This document shows positions 24,575 to 38,800 of a DNA stretch of 64,000 nucleotides, piece after piece. The position numbers were made by a program, and so were the translations under genes. The stretch is from Paraspadella gotoi. Taxonomy: Eukaryota; Animalia; Chaetognatha. The first letter of the stretch is position 1. Each line of letters begins with the position of its first letter. The notes under the pieces are model-generated. The model was not told where the DNA came from and did no database searches. It saw only the letters and a program-made list of their open reading frames with translations. The DNA is taken from contig CM119265.1 in NCBI GenBank assembly GCA_051294375.1, positions 7,450,629 through 7,514,628 of the forward strand, written 5' to 3'.

Positions 24575-27500
24575 TTTTAAATCTGCTAGGCAACCAAACT
24601 TTTGAATAAAATCATACGCTACCAAATATGTTTTTTTCTTACAATTACATTTTAAAGATTTTTATACGTCTAGTATGATATAAATGCAAAAAATGACGTG
24701 AGAATGAGAAAAGAGAAGGAGAAAGAGAGCTATGGATGAAAAAAAAGTTTCAGGAGAGAGAAAAAGAGGAAAGAAATTTTAATATATGTGGAGAAGGGGG
24801 AGAACGAGAACAATTAGGAAGAAAAGAAAAGATTAAGAAAGAGGGAAGAAAGAGAATCAGAGAGGAGGAGAGATAAGCAGCAGAGATAGAAGAGGAAGGG
24901 AAATAAAGGTAAATAGGAAGAAAACGAAGAAGGGATGACACAGAGGAAATAATGATGACAGAAAAGTCGGAGAAAGGGAGTAGAAAGATAGAGAGAAAGA
25001 GAGAAAAAGAGAGGGACAGAGAGAAGGTTAAAGAGAGAAAAAGTTTTAAAATATAGTGCGTTTTTTGCCTAATATCTAAAAACACGATAGATCTGACAAG
25101 CAATTAATCTAAAAGTTGCCCTTAGAGGCCATAAAAATGGCAATTTTAGTTTCTTTCTTAAAATAAGGGCAGGATACCATTAATAAATAGAAATGATTAA
25201 CTCTGTTAAAAAGAAATTATGTTCTTTACGTATTTTGAAAGCCATAAGAAAATCTCAGATGAGTTCTATGTTATAAGGAGAAGATAAAAAACTTTATAGT
25301 ATGCCAACCGTTTCTTTTTTAAATAAGCTGTATGTTGTTATATAATCGTAGGTGGTGTAAATATAAATACATATTACATAATTAGTTTTATATTATTATT
25401 GAATTTTTCATATAGTTAATGGCATTGTTGAACAAAAGTACCCTCGACTATAGGAAATCACTGCCTATAACAATCCATAAAGGACAGAAGCAAAAACCGA
25501 TAAAGCAATAAATAACTGAAACAATAAAGCATAACACGATTGCGCGGGGGGAAAAAAGCGCTTTTTCCAGCAGATTCCCCGCCGTTTTTCGAACGTCTCT
25601 CTCTCACCAGCGTAGCTCACGTTCCTTTTATAGTCTATTTCCCGTATATGTTATTTCGTACAGTTTTGTATGAAGCTAATAAAACGTCAGCTTTGTTTAT
25701 TTCTTCTTTTGCTTTTACAAGTTGTTTTCTTAAATTCCCCTAATCCTAATTGGAAATCAATTGTTACTATATCCCGTTGTAAAATTTGCGATCTTCAAAG
25801 TAAATCATCTCTCATGTTACACAGACTAAAATCTATAACAAAAAAACAAAAAACATTTCCAATCGTCGATCCCTGGGTTCAGTGTAAAGTCAGCCATTTT
25901 TTCCATCGCGGGTCTCAGACCACAGAATTCCGACCGTCGCGTCTGACGTCAACGCCGAGTGACAATATTCCGTGTCAGGCGCAGGCCTCGCGAATGCGCC
26001 AAAGCCCCCATGGGTCGTCTTCGCCGTCGTTGTCGTCGTCGTCATCTTATTCGTCATCGTTTCATCTTTGTCGTCGTCTTCTCATTTTGTGTCGTCGTTG
26101 TTGTTATCGTTATTACAAATTCCAAATATCAAAATCGATTTCCTATTGTTTGACGACGACGATGACGACGACGACGACGATGACGGAAAAAAAAAACGAT
26201 GACAATGAACGACGACCACGAGGACGACGAAGACAAAGAGGCTTGTGTCATTATTTTAGTCATCGTTGTTATTTTAGGCTTCGTCGTTTTAGTCAGCCTC
26301 TTTGTCTTCGTCGTCCTCGTGGTCGTCGTTCATTGTCATCGTTTTTTTTCCGTCATCGTCGTAGTCGTCGTCATCGTCGTCGTCGTCGTCATCGTCGTCG
26401 TCGTCAACGTCTTCGTCGTCGGTTGTCGTCGCGAAAATTCTCGTTGATGGATAGAATTGGGTTGAAATGCTTTTCCGTCTCCGAGAAACCGGAAGTGGTT
26501 GTGGCGTCGGGAGGCGTCTCGAGGCGCAGGTGTCGGTGCGGTTGTGGGCGTGGGCAAAATTAAGGGTGTGGGATTTTCTCTAATTTACCTTTTACATAGA
26601 GGAGGAAGGCGGAAAATTCAGGTTGATGTGGGTTAGCGGGAGTTGTGGCTGTTTGAGGTCCGTTGGCTTTTGCTGTATAGACTTGACGTGGATAAGCGTT
26701 GTGGTCGTTAGACCTCAGTGGGTGTGGGTTGACGTGGTTGCGATCAAGGTGGAAGTTGAATCTCGGACGGATGGGAACAAGAAAATTGGCGAAGGCGTCC
26801 GGAAAAAAAAAGGATTGCCGAGAAAAAAGTAGAGATGGCAGCCGGAAAAACGAGGATGTGTCAGGAGGACTAGTGATTCTGAGATAACGACAGGACGGAA
26901 AATAATTAATAATAAATAATAGGCATATATGCAATATGCATGAAAAATTAAGAATATGTGACCACGGTAATAACAAAAAATATTAAAAATAGAATTATGG
27001 TAGACATCATTTAAGTTTTCCATAAAATTAGTAACTTTGGACATTGAAAGGAAGTTTCTGCAACAAGCTAAAATAAAAATTACGCCGACCCCGAGTGAGA
27101 TTTTAAAATAACGGCAGGTCGTTAAGTATAAGGAGTTTAAGGTTTCCGGGAAAAAAAACAAGGCGGATAACCGGAAAGGCCCCCCAGACGGAGCGAGTAC
27201 CAACGGAGGCGAAGAAATGAAACAGGACCAGGGGGGAGGTGGGGTGGGGGGAGGAGGAAAGGAGAGTGACACAACATAGGTAGGACCGTGGGGGAAGTTT
27301 TGGGGGAGAGAAGGAGCAGGAAAACGAAATGAAATTAGTTTGGTACCGAAACGACGAAGTAAGAATGAGAAAGAAGGAAAGAGAAGGAATGAGGAAAGAG
27401 AAAAAGGGAAAAAAGAAAAGAAAAGAAAAGAGGAAGATGGCGGAAAAGATGGAGTTAAGAAAAGAGAGAAGAAAAGGAAAAAAATAGAGAGAAAAAATGT

Positions 27501-27846
27501 GGCTTTAATGAAAAAAAAAAAAAAAAAAATCTATTAAATAATTTTAAGTTTAAAAACTTAAAATGGTGAAACAAGTATTTTCGAAAATTTAATGTTTAAG
27601 TTATAAATATGTTGATTGATTGGTGTTAGAATTCGGTTAAATAGAACTTCATTAGTCTTTGTCTTAGTATTCGTCGTTGTTGTTGTCGTCGTCATCGTTG
27701 TTGTCGTCGTTTTGGTCGTCGATCTTCGATCCCTTCGTCCCCGGGCGTCCACCTCTGTTTTGCGCCTCCAGATTTCAAATGTCGCCAACAAATTTAAACC
27801 AAACAACACGGAACCTCAGAGATTTACGTTAAATTGGGAGTGGGTG

Positions 27847-27944
<98 letters not shown>

Positions 27945-28416
27945 TTTTTATTCAACTCTCTCCCTTTCACGAATTCCACTTTCACTTTCTGTTCATTCAC
28001 AATCTCTCCTTTTTTGGCATTTTTTCCTACCTCCTTGCTACAATAACCTAATTTTTTAACGACGTATTATTTCTTTAATTTATGCTTTACTCAGCTCCTC
28101 TTAAATTTTTTTCTTATTTCATTTTTCTTAACTAACCATCTTTCATCTTTCCCTTTTATTCCAGATAATCCTCTCACTTCCTCACTTTTCTCTTCTCCTA
28201 TTTTTTTAAAGCCCACCTTTTATTTATCTTTTCCTCTTTTCAACGCCGCCTCAGAAATTTTGCTTTCGCCGAAACATAATCTTTTTTTTCTTTGTTTATT
28301 CTCGTTGTTGTCTTATCAATTTTTCTTGGTTATGTATGAACTACAGAATAAATGGAACATGATAGAGAAAGTGTTTGGGGATTCGATTTTGGAGGGTGAA
28401 ACAAGATTCTGGAAAA

Positions 28417-28512
<96 letters not shown>

Positions 28513-31500
28513 CATAAAGAGAGAGAGATAGACTGTATGTTCGTCAGTATGCGGAAAAAAAGCGAAAAAAGTACATAGACCTCGACAAAACGATATTAAA
28601 AAAAAATTGAATACAAACACTAAATATATTTTCTCTTCTTTCCACCTTCCACCTCTCCCCATCTCCCCCTCTCCCCCCTTTCTCTATTTCTCTCTTTTTT
28701 CCCCCTTATCTTTCACTCTTTTCTCCGTCGCATCGAAAAGTCGTTTTCTCACAACAAAGGTGAGCGAATCTGCGACGAATGACGAAAGATCGAGTTTGAC
28801 TCTTTTCTCATCATTTTCTCCTTTCATCTTTCCATTCACTTCGGTTCCACGCTTCTTTCAAAAACTCCTTCCTTTCTTTCTGTCTTTCTTTCTCTCTTTC
28901 TTTCTTTCTTTCTTTCTTTCTAATACCAAAAAAAATGGAGGTGAAATCGAAGAAAAGGAACAACGGTCGACTTGAACAATCTTTCATCGTTTCACCTTTT
29001 TGGTTCCGCCCACATCCAAAGATTCCATTTCCCGCCCACTTCGACGACCGCATTTGGCAAAGAGAATGGTTTCAATCAACTTTTTTGGTTTTTGAAGAAA
29101 CTTTCGTCAAAATTTCTCCGCAGCTCAATTACCATGATTATTTTGCAAAATTATAGTTATAACCAAATCTCATGTTTGTCTTAAATTTTCAAAAATTGAT
29201 TTGAATAAAAAATTAGATCTATGTAATACGTATATTTGCGGCCGTATTCAACGCCTTATTCTTAGCGATACTACTATTTAGACATTTATTCATTTACACA
29301 ATACATTTTATGTACAAGCTTAACATGAAGCGTGCAAAGTTCATTCACGGGATCGACTCTTCGACATAGAGTCCCATAATCTCGATTCAACGTTAGAGAA
29401 TGGTTTCGTCTGTTTATCGCTCGTCTCCATGACGACCACGATCGTTATCGGCGTCATCATCGTCGTTCGAAACCAGTAACATCGAGATCCAGATCGACCT
29501 TTTCGCGTCTCTACTTGACTTCCCTTCATTTCGTCGGCATTTGAAAAGTTAAGGACGCCGCCGCCGCCCGCCGCCGCCGCCCGCCGCCGCCGCCGCTGGA
29601 GTCGCAGCTGCCAACGAATGACGTCATCCGAATTTTTTTTTATCGACGAAAATGATTTTCTAGTCACGTTTTTTTTTCGCTGCTATGTGACAAAAGGAAT
29701 TTTTTTTTGTCGGTCCTTATTAAGGACCTTAATCTTTTAGTTAATAAAATAATAATATTAATAATAATAATTTTGATAAGATATGTTTATTTGGAAAAAC
29801 AATGCGAACAAAAAATGAAAAGTGAATCTAATTTTACCTGATTTTATCCAATATTTTAAAATTATTGTTGCATTCAGATTTCCCGCGACTTGAACCTTCC
29901 TTGGTTTCCCATTTTTAAAGTTTTTGATTGTTAAGTTAAAAATCGGGATTTCCACCCACTCCGAATTCTTTTGACACGAAGACGAAAAAATACAATCGTA
30001 GTTTGACTCTTTTTTCTTTGAAACCCTAGTATTTCCTCTGATTCTCTCTCTCTCTCTCTCTCTCTCTCCCCCCCCCAATGAATCTTTCCCCAAGTAAACA
30101 CTTCATTAATTTCTTTCCCTCGTTTATCCTTGTCAGTTGTCATCTTTTTAAAATTCTTTTTTGTTCAATGTCACTTACGTCAATAGGGATTCCAAATAAA
30201 CAACGGCGAAAGATTAAATGTTATAATTCCAAGGCAACTAGTACGTCTTAATAAAATTTGTTACAATAATGAATGTGCCAAAAAATCCCGACAACTGTCA
30301 TCAAAACGTCGTCGTCGTCATCTTCGTCTTCGTCATCTTAGTTGTCGTCGTCGTCGTTTCAGTCATGTTTGTCGTCGACGTCGTCATCGCGATAAGCAAT
30401 ATCATCAGTCTGTTGCCTCTGGCTTTTCCTCCTCTTTGTCACCAATGCGTTGCAAATGCCATGTTTGGTCGTCGTCGTCGTCGTCGTCGCCGCCGTCGCC
30501 ATGGCAACTCCTCGCCTTACCCATAATCCCAGACTTAATTAATTCGTCGTTTTTTTCCGTTGCAAAAAATTTTAAAATAAAGTGTAAAAAAAAAAACACA
30601 CAAAAAAACAACAAAATGAGACGCAAGGGGCTTGCTCAGCTTGACGTTTTGCAGTCTTCCGGCCGTTTAAATCCAAGAAAAAACAAGCTCTCGTTTTCTT
30701 CCTTCTTGCTTGCTCGTTCCAATTTGTCGTCTCTTCCTATGCTTGATTGTGCTCATTGGTCGTTGGTGACCGGCTGTTNNNNNNNNNNNNNNNNNNNNNN
30801 NNNNNNNNNNNNNNNNNNNNNNNNNNNNNNNNNNNNNNNNNNNNNNNNNNNNNNNNNNNNNNNNNNNNNNNNNNNNNNNNNNNNNNNNNNNNNNNNNNNN
30901 NNNNNNNNNNNNNNNNNNNNNNNNNNNNNNNNNNNNNNNNNNNNNNNNNNNNNNNNNNNNNNNNNNNNNATAAGTTTTGGGAAAGTTCCACGTCAGTTTC
31001 GAATAAGACGCCCGAGGTTTGAGAGGCTAGTTTCTTTTCTAAGGAAGAAGAAGAAGAAAAAAAATAGGCGGAAAACGATGATTCTTCTCATTTTCCTCAT
31101 TTTCGTCGTCGTCGTCGTCGTCGTCGTCGTCCTTCATATCTTTTATCGTTTCCGAGTTCAAAAGGGATTTGGGTCAAGCTGAGGCAGTTGAGGATCATAA
31201 GCAAGATTTGACGCCGCCAGTGAGGCGCGGCTTCCTGAGGGGGGGTTAATGTTCGGCTAAGTTCGTTGAGGACAAAAGCAGGCAGTGTTGATGAACTACA
31301 ATCCATGATGACCCAGTCAATACGAATCATTCCTCACGAAATTGAAAGGCCGTCATGATTGTAAATCGAATTTTGAAACCGCCTTCAAATTCATATATCG
31401 TTTTCGGGAATAGAACGCGAGACATATCGGTTTCCTAATTGAGGGGACGGAGCTTCGAGACGATTTCGTGACGCTCGTTCNNNNNNNNNNNNNNNNNNNN

Positions 31501-34500
31501 NNNNNNNNNNNNNNNNNNNNNNNNNNNNNNNNNNNNNNNNNNNNNNNNNNNNNNNNNNNNNNNNNNNNNNNNNNNNNNNNNNNNNNNNNNNNNNNNNNNN
31601 NNNNNNNNNNNNNNNNNNNNNNNNNNNNNNNNNNNNNNNNNNNNNNNNNNNNNNNNNNNNNNNNNNNNNNNNNNNNNNNNNNNNNNNNNNNNNNNNNNNN
31701 NNNNNNNNNNNNNNNNNNNNNNNNNNNNNNNNNNNNNNNNNNNNNNNNNNNNNNNNNNNNNNNNNNNNNNNNNNNNNNNNNNNNNNNNNNNNNNNNNNNN
31801 NNNNNNNNNNNNNNNNNNNNNNNNNCGACGACGACGACGAAGTAAGAGTTATGGTTTCAGAACGTAATGAAGCGAACGTCGGAAGCTTGTTCTCCGTCCA
31901 AATTTCTGAAGGGAGGAGTAGTNNNNNNNNNNNNNNNNNNNNNNNNNNNNNNNNNNNNNNNNNNNNNNNNNNNNNNNNNNNNNNNNNNNNNNNNNNNNNN
32001 NNNNNNNNNNNNNNNNNNNNNNNNNNNNNNNNNNNNNNNNNNNNNNNNNNNNNNNNNNNNNNNNNNNNNNNNNNNNNNNNNNNNNNNNNNNNNNNNNNNN
32101 NNNNNNNNNNNNNNNNNNNNNNNNNNNNNNNNNNNNNNNNNNNNNNNNNNNNNNNNNNNNNNNNNNNNNNGAGAGCGAGAGTAAAATAAAACAAAAGCGA
32201 AACTTCTTTTGTCTTTTGTTCTTTTTTTCCTCTTTTCTTCTGCGTCCGATTTTTTTTCAAATTCTTCCTTCTTTCTCAGCCTCTGCGTGTGCAGCGTGTG
32301 AAGATACGTGTACGTGCCCAAGTCTGCTCGTGTACGTCCGCGTGCGCGCGCGAGAACAGAGCGATGGCAGAAAAGAGTTTTGTTTTTTTCCCTCTCTGAG
32401 AATGGGTGTGCCTTGGTTGTCTTAGCAGCTGCTAAAACGCTTTTACTGTTTCACGAAGATCCTTTCGCTGATGAGGACGGGCTTCTTAACTCTCTTTCTC
32501 TCTTCTCGTCGTCTCTTCCATCTCTCTCTCGCTCTGCTCTCTATCTCATCTCTCTCTCCTTCTCGTCATCTCTCTCTCTCCTCCTCTCTCTCACTCTCTC
32601 GTCGCTCTCTCTCCTTCGCTCCTCTGCGCTGAGACGACCCACCACCAGAGATAATGATACCTTATAACTTAGCTAAAACATGGTGGCGCGCACCAAATTG
32701 CTTTTCGAGATTGGACCAAGTCACGGCTTTACCCGAGAGAGACGAAGCCGCCGCCTAAACCCCGAAGCGGGCATCGAGACTGGCGCCGACCGCAGTGCCG
32801 ATTCTGTGGCACGAAGACCGAGAGATCTTTGATTCGATCCCTTCGTGTGATGATTGTACTCAGTCGTGTGTTGCGGATAATTGAAGGATCTGATCTTTGA
32901 TGTGCTTCATTCGCAGACATGTGATCGATCATGGGTATGGCATGAGGCTATGGTCGCTGAGCGTATCAAGAGTGTCGTAGCGCGGACGTAAATGGGCTAT
33001 CATAATAGCACGTTGTAAGACGTGAGTGACGTGCTGCGTCGTTGGCTGAAATCGAGCCTTGTCGGGTTCAATCATGTGAGGGATCATTACTCCGTCGAAG
33101 AGGTTATTATTTCTGGTGCAAACATCATTCATGGCATATCAATCTGGATTGCCGAGGCCAAGCATGGCTCGTCATATGAGATGAAAACGAAATATGCTTA
33201 TTATAAAACTATTACTGGATATTTTGGTTATAAAGATCTAAAGTCGTTCGGTACTCGAATACTTCTTTCGATCAATTTCCGCTAATTTGTGTCGGTTTGG
33301 AGGGATGTGAGCGAGAAAAGTAAGCACAATTTGTTAGCAAACAAACGATGATATTGTTATTTGGAACATGTTTTGATTGAATTTTCAGTATCACATATGC
33401 CGTCGAGGATTAGTGTTAAATTACAATTAATAATACCTTTCCAAAATAGTCACAGCCTGTACCATTGAACCGAATTCATATTTTATAATCCGATAACGAT
33501 CGAATGATATTTTGTTTTGTTATATCTAGTCGTTCCTTTTCCTCTTTTTTCAAGCTCAACCGCTTTTTTTTATTACTCTGTCTCTCTTCTCTTCTTATCT
33601 CTTTCTCTCTCTCTCTTCTGTTCCTCGTCTCTCTCCCTCTACTTCTCCTCTCTTCTCTTCTCTCGGTCTAGTCTCTCTCTCTGTGTCGTCTCTCTCTCTT
33701 CTCTCTCTCTCTGTGGTCCCGTCCTCTCTCTCTCTTCTTCTCTCTCGTCTCTCTCATCGTGGCGTTTGAAAACAATTTCACGTTTTTGTATGGTTTTGTT
33801 TTTTTCTGATGCCTTTTTTCTCGGGGCAATTCTCTTTTTGGTTCTTCCCGGGTTGCTTCTTCTTCGGATTTTCTCCCTCCTTCCCACCATTTTCTTCGAG
33901 TTTATTCTTCATTCTCTCTCTCATTCTCCTCTCTCCTCGTCTCTCTTCTCTTCTCGTCTCTCTCTCTCCTCTCATCTCTTCTTTTCTCTCTCCTCTTCTC
34001 TCTCTCCTCTCCTCTCCCCTCTTTCTTTCTTCTGCTCCATTTTTTTTTGGAAACCTACCATTCACATTCCTTTGGCCCGTAAGAAATATGTTTTTTTTTC
34101 TTCTCTACGCTCTCTCTTTTTGTCTCGCTCGTCTCTCTTCGTCTCCCTCCTCGCCTCCTCCCCCTTTCGCTCCTTTCTGGTCTTGTAGTATTCTCAGTTG
34201 GGTCTCGCTATTATCCATGATTGCTGTCGCTATGGATCCAGTTCAGACCATGCGTTCCTGACTTCCTCCGGTCGTCGGGGCGTGTAGGTGCTGTCGTTGT
34301 GCGCCGGTCTACTCCTCCTTCGTGCTCTCGGAGTTCTTCTCCTCCCGCCTCTCTCTCTCTCTTCTCTTTTCTTCCTTTTGTATCTCCCATTTTTTTTTGG
34401 TAACTCATCTTTCAAACTTTTGCCCTAAAATGTATGTTTTTTTTTTCCTTCGCTTACATCTCTTTTCTCTCCCTCCTCCTCTCTCTTCTCGTCTCTCTCT

Positions 34501-34882
34501 CTCTCCTCACGCTCCGTCATCTCTCGTCTCTCTTCTCCTCCGCGTCCTGCAGGGCTAGGTCGATGGAGGTCGTCTCCGCTCTGCTCGTGTCTTCGTTACG
34601 CTTGGGTCCCTCTCTGCCTCTCGTCCTGTCCTCCAGCTCGCGTCTCCCTCCTCTCGCGTATGCTCACCCTTTCCCTTCTCCTCTCCGTTGATTGCCTCTC
34701 TCGTCCGCGCTTCTGCCCGATCCGGTGCCTCTCTTCCTCGTCTCACATATTTCGGATTCATCGGCTACATCGTGTCTTGGGGTTCTGAGCATCAACAGTT
34801 ACCACGTCTAGTGAGCATCATGTGAGAGATATGCGGGTCAGGATGAGAGATGAGAGGAGGGTAGACGCTGAGAGTGAGAGTA

Positions 34883-34931
<49 letters not shown>

Positions 34932-35607
34932 CAAGAGAGAGAAGAAGAGGAGGAGAGAGAGTGAATGCGGCTATGCGCGACGGGTATATCACGCATGAAA
35001 CATAATAGATGTGATTGGAACGAAGATCGAATACTCGAAAATCTCGATCACCGGAAAAAAAAACAATGAGCATGCGTTCGGGATTGTAAGGGCTGAGGAT
35101 CTCGGATGAGATAAAGGATCAAACGTAGACTAGAACGGATCTTTTACTGGCGATTTGATTTATTATTAAAATATGTTTTTGTTATCTCGGGAAGCGAGGC
35201 TTGTTTGGGAATTGAGAGAGTGAGAGAGAGAAGAGAGAGAGAGAGGATAGGAGGAGAGAGAAAGAGAGAGAGGAGGAGGAGAGAGAGAGAGAGAGAGAAA
35301 TGCCTCTCTTTCAGAAATATAAATCCGTTGGAAACGCATGGAAGTAAAAAGGAGATGATAACCGGAAGGCGTTGTACGAGCGTCTAAAGGGAAAAAACCG
35401 AGAAAAAATTGATGACGACAAAAAAAGATGTCACGTCAGAGGGCCATAGCGAGACTTGATTCTCTTCTTACGGCAGCAATATCATACATTTAATTACAAA
35501 CTAGTATTTTCGGAATCGAACTCTCACCTAAAGAAAAGAACTTGCGCGATGTTTACGTGCGAAGTCATGCAGAGCAACAAAAGGCAGGGAAGAAAGAGAG
35601 GAGAGAG

Positions 35608-35655
<48 letters not shown>

Positions 35656-35732
35656 GAGAGAGGTTTTGAAGTTCCCAGTCGGCTTTGGGCATAACGAATT
35701 TCCGGTGGGTGTGAAAGAAGATAACAGGAAAT

Positions 35733-35811
<79 letters not shown>

Positions 35812-38800
35812 CGAGAGAGAGGCAGGACAAAAAAGTTGTAACCTGGTTGCACACAAATGCAATATCTCCGAGAAGGGAGCGACTTCTCGACGTCGAGAAG
35901 CGAAACAACAAAGAAACAAAAGAATTGAGGGAGGAAGGTAGGTGGGAAAAAGGTGGGAGGGAGGAAGGGGGCTAGGATGGGAAGGGAAAGGTAGCATGGG
36001 TGACGAGTGAGGTGGCAGGATACGAGAAGGAAGGCGTAAAAGGTGTAAAGGAGAGGGAAGCAGGATGAGAAGTGAGAAAAAAAGGAGTGAAGATGGAAAT
36101 TTGAACAAGACATGAGTGAGGACACATGAAAAGGAAAAGAATGGAGGTCAGCATTTGAAGGAAATGAATTAACGAGTACGGAGGAGAAGGCGAAGATGGG
36201 ATGGAAGAAAAAAGGGACGGAAGGACGGAGAAAAGACATTCGCACCATGGAGGAAACGAAAAGAGAACAGAATGATAGTGATTGATTGAGAATAGGAGAA
36301 GGAAAATCTAGTCAGGATTGAGGACAGGGAGGGAGGAAGACAGAGCAAGGAGGCAAGTAGAGATGAAGATGGGGAGGAAAGCTGAAACGAAAAAAGATAA
36401 AAACGTCTGGAGATTCCAAAGATCAAAGGTTGCTTGAAGGTGAGGAAGCGAGTCTAGGAGATAGGCTTTGTAGAATAATACCAAGGAAAGCATGGACACA
36501 CAACCGACGCTAAAAGACAAAGAAACAGAGATCGCGCTGCGTGAGACCACGGGTCGTCTGCGGCGGACCCACCCACAGGTCTGGCCCCCCGCCGAGACCG
36601 CACGCACACGCCCCGACCGCCACGGCACCAGAGCACCACGCCCGCCCACAGCCGAGAGGAGACGAGAGAGAGAGAGAGAGAGAAGAAGACACGAGATGGA
36701 GAGAGAGAGAGAACCGACCCACGCGCCCATTCCCACACTACCACACCCGCATTACTAGGAAAATAAGAGGTCGACGGAGTCGAACTGCGAATCACGGAGA
36801 ATCGTCTCCGTCGTCGACAGATGATTAGTGAACCGATTTGAGGCTGGGAGGGGGGCAAGATGGGATGAGCGAGGGGGGTAATCAGGGGGCAAGAGGGGGC
36901 AAGAGGGAAACAGGGAGTAGAGAGGGGAGTAGAGGGGTGTGGAGGGGGGTAATAGGGGGCAGATAGGGAAACTGGGTGTTAGCAAGGGCGGGGTCTAGAG
37001 GGGTGTGGTCGGGGGTAATAGGGGGCAATACTAGGTGGTATAAACAGGCGATAGGGGGGGGGGAATAGCAGGGGTGGGACGGGGGAATTAGAGGGGTCGA
37101 AGCGAAAAAAAGGGGCTGAGGGAGGGGAATTCTTCATGTTTTTTACATTCTTCTCGAGACTTTCTATAAATTGATATTTTATGTTCGTTTATATTTGATA
37201 TAAAATTGATATATCAAATGGGTCTTTTAATCTTAAATAGCCACAGTAATCAGTAACATTAATCATTAATATTATTCAGCTTGTTTGTCCATCTGGTCTA
37301 CTTAACACAGACCCGAACTGATGACGAAACCGTAACCAATCGTGAGATGGTTAATGGTGAATCGGCGAATGGTGAATCGGCGAACCCCACATGGGTGAAC
37401 GCGGANNNNNNNNNNNNNNNNNNNNNNNNNNNNNNNNNNNNNNNNNNNNNNNNNNNNNNNNNNNNNNNNNNNNNNNNNNNNNNNNNNNNNNNNNNNNNNN
37501 NNNNNNNNNNNNNNNNNNNNNNNNNNNNNNNNNNNNNNNNNNNNNNNNNNNNNNNNNNNNNNNNNNNNNNNNNNNNNNNNNNNNNNNNNNNNNNNNNNNN
37601 NNNNNNNNNNNNNNNNNNNNNNNNNNNNNNNNNNNNNNNNNNNNNNNNNNNNNNNNNNNNNNNNNNNNNNNNNNNNNNNNNNNNNNNNNNNNNNNNNNNN
37701 NNNNNNNNNNNNNNNNNNNNNNNNNNNNNNNNNNNNNNNNNNNNNNNNNNNNNNNNNNNNNNNNNNNNNNNNNNNNNNNNNNNNNNNNNNNNNNNNNNNN
37801 NNNNNNNNNNNNNNNNNNNNNNNNNNNNNNNNNNNNNNNNNNNNNNNNNNNNNNNNNNNNNNNNNNNNNNNNNNNNNNNNNNNNNNNNNNNNNNNNNNNN
37901 NNNNNNNNNNNNNNNNNNNNNNNNNNNNNNNNNNNNNNNNNNNNNNNNNNNNNNNNNNNNNNNNNNNNNNNNNNNNNNNNNNNNNNNNNNNNNNNNNNNN
38001 NNNNNNNNNNNNNNNNNNNNNNNNNNNNNNNNNNNNNNNNNNNNNNNNNNNNNNNNNNNNNNNNNNNNNNNNNNNNNNNNNNTTTTTTTTTTCTTCTCCT
38101 TTTTCCTGTCATTTTCTTTCTTTATCGGTTTCCTTCCTTCGACTTCGCCATCTTTTTAGCTTTGGGAGATTTTCCTCCCGTTTTTCTCGCCNNNNNNNNN
38201 NNNNNNNNNNNNNNNNNNNNNNNNNNNNNNNNNNNNNNNNNNNNNNNNNNNNNNNNNNNNNNNNNNNNNNNNNNNNNNNNNNNNNNNNNNNNNNNNNNNN
38301 NNNNNNNNTTTTTTTTTTTTTTTTTTTACCTTTTTTTATTTTCTGTGCGAAAATGACAGAATATAAATAATTTTCATGGTTGGCGTTGAGTGATCGCATC
38401 TTGAGTGATCGCATCTTTAGGGTTTGAACGATCGCATGATCGATTGCATATATATTTATCACTCATTTCCCAGGCTACATGAACTTATTGAGTGGTCGCA
38501 TGCCGAGAGTTTACATTCCGGATGCAATTTCGCAACTTGAGAAAAAGAGTGAGAGAGAGACAGAGTTAGTATTCCACGGAAGTAAACCGAAGAAAAGATT
38601 TTTTTTTTCGGGGTGTGCGGTTCTGGCAAAAACATGGCGAGATTTTTTTCCATTATTTTCCTCTCTCTCTCTCTCTCCCCTTTTATTTTATTTTTTTTCC
38701 CTTTCTTCCTTTTTCTCTCTTTTTCTATTTTTTTTTCTCTCTCTTTCTAGTTTCAACCTCCACCCTCTTTTCTCTCTCCTTCTCTTTTCATTTTATCTTT

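Noticed and set aside
25670-26563. 297-aa Arg/Thr/Ser-rich ORF
   Set aside because: It is kept open by (GTC/GAC)n repeats, has no domain and has no convincing exon boundaries.
32845-32895. C/D box snoRNA (GTGATGA...CTGA)
   Set aside because: Too short (under 50 nt), with a weak terminal stem, no recognisable guide and a noisy surrounding sequence.
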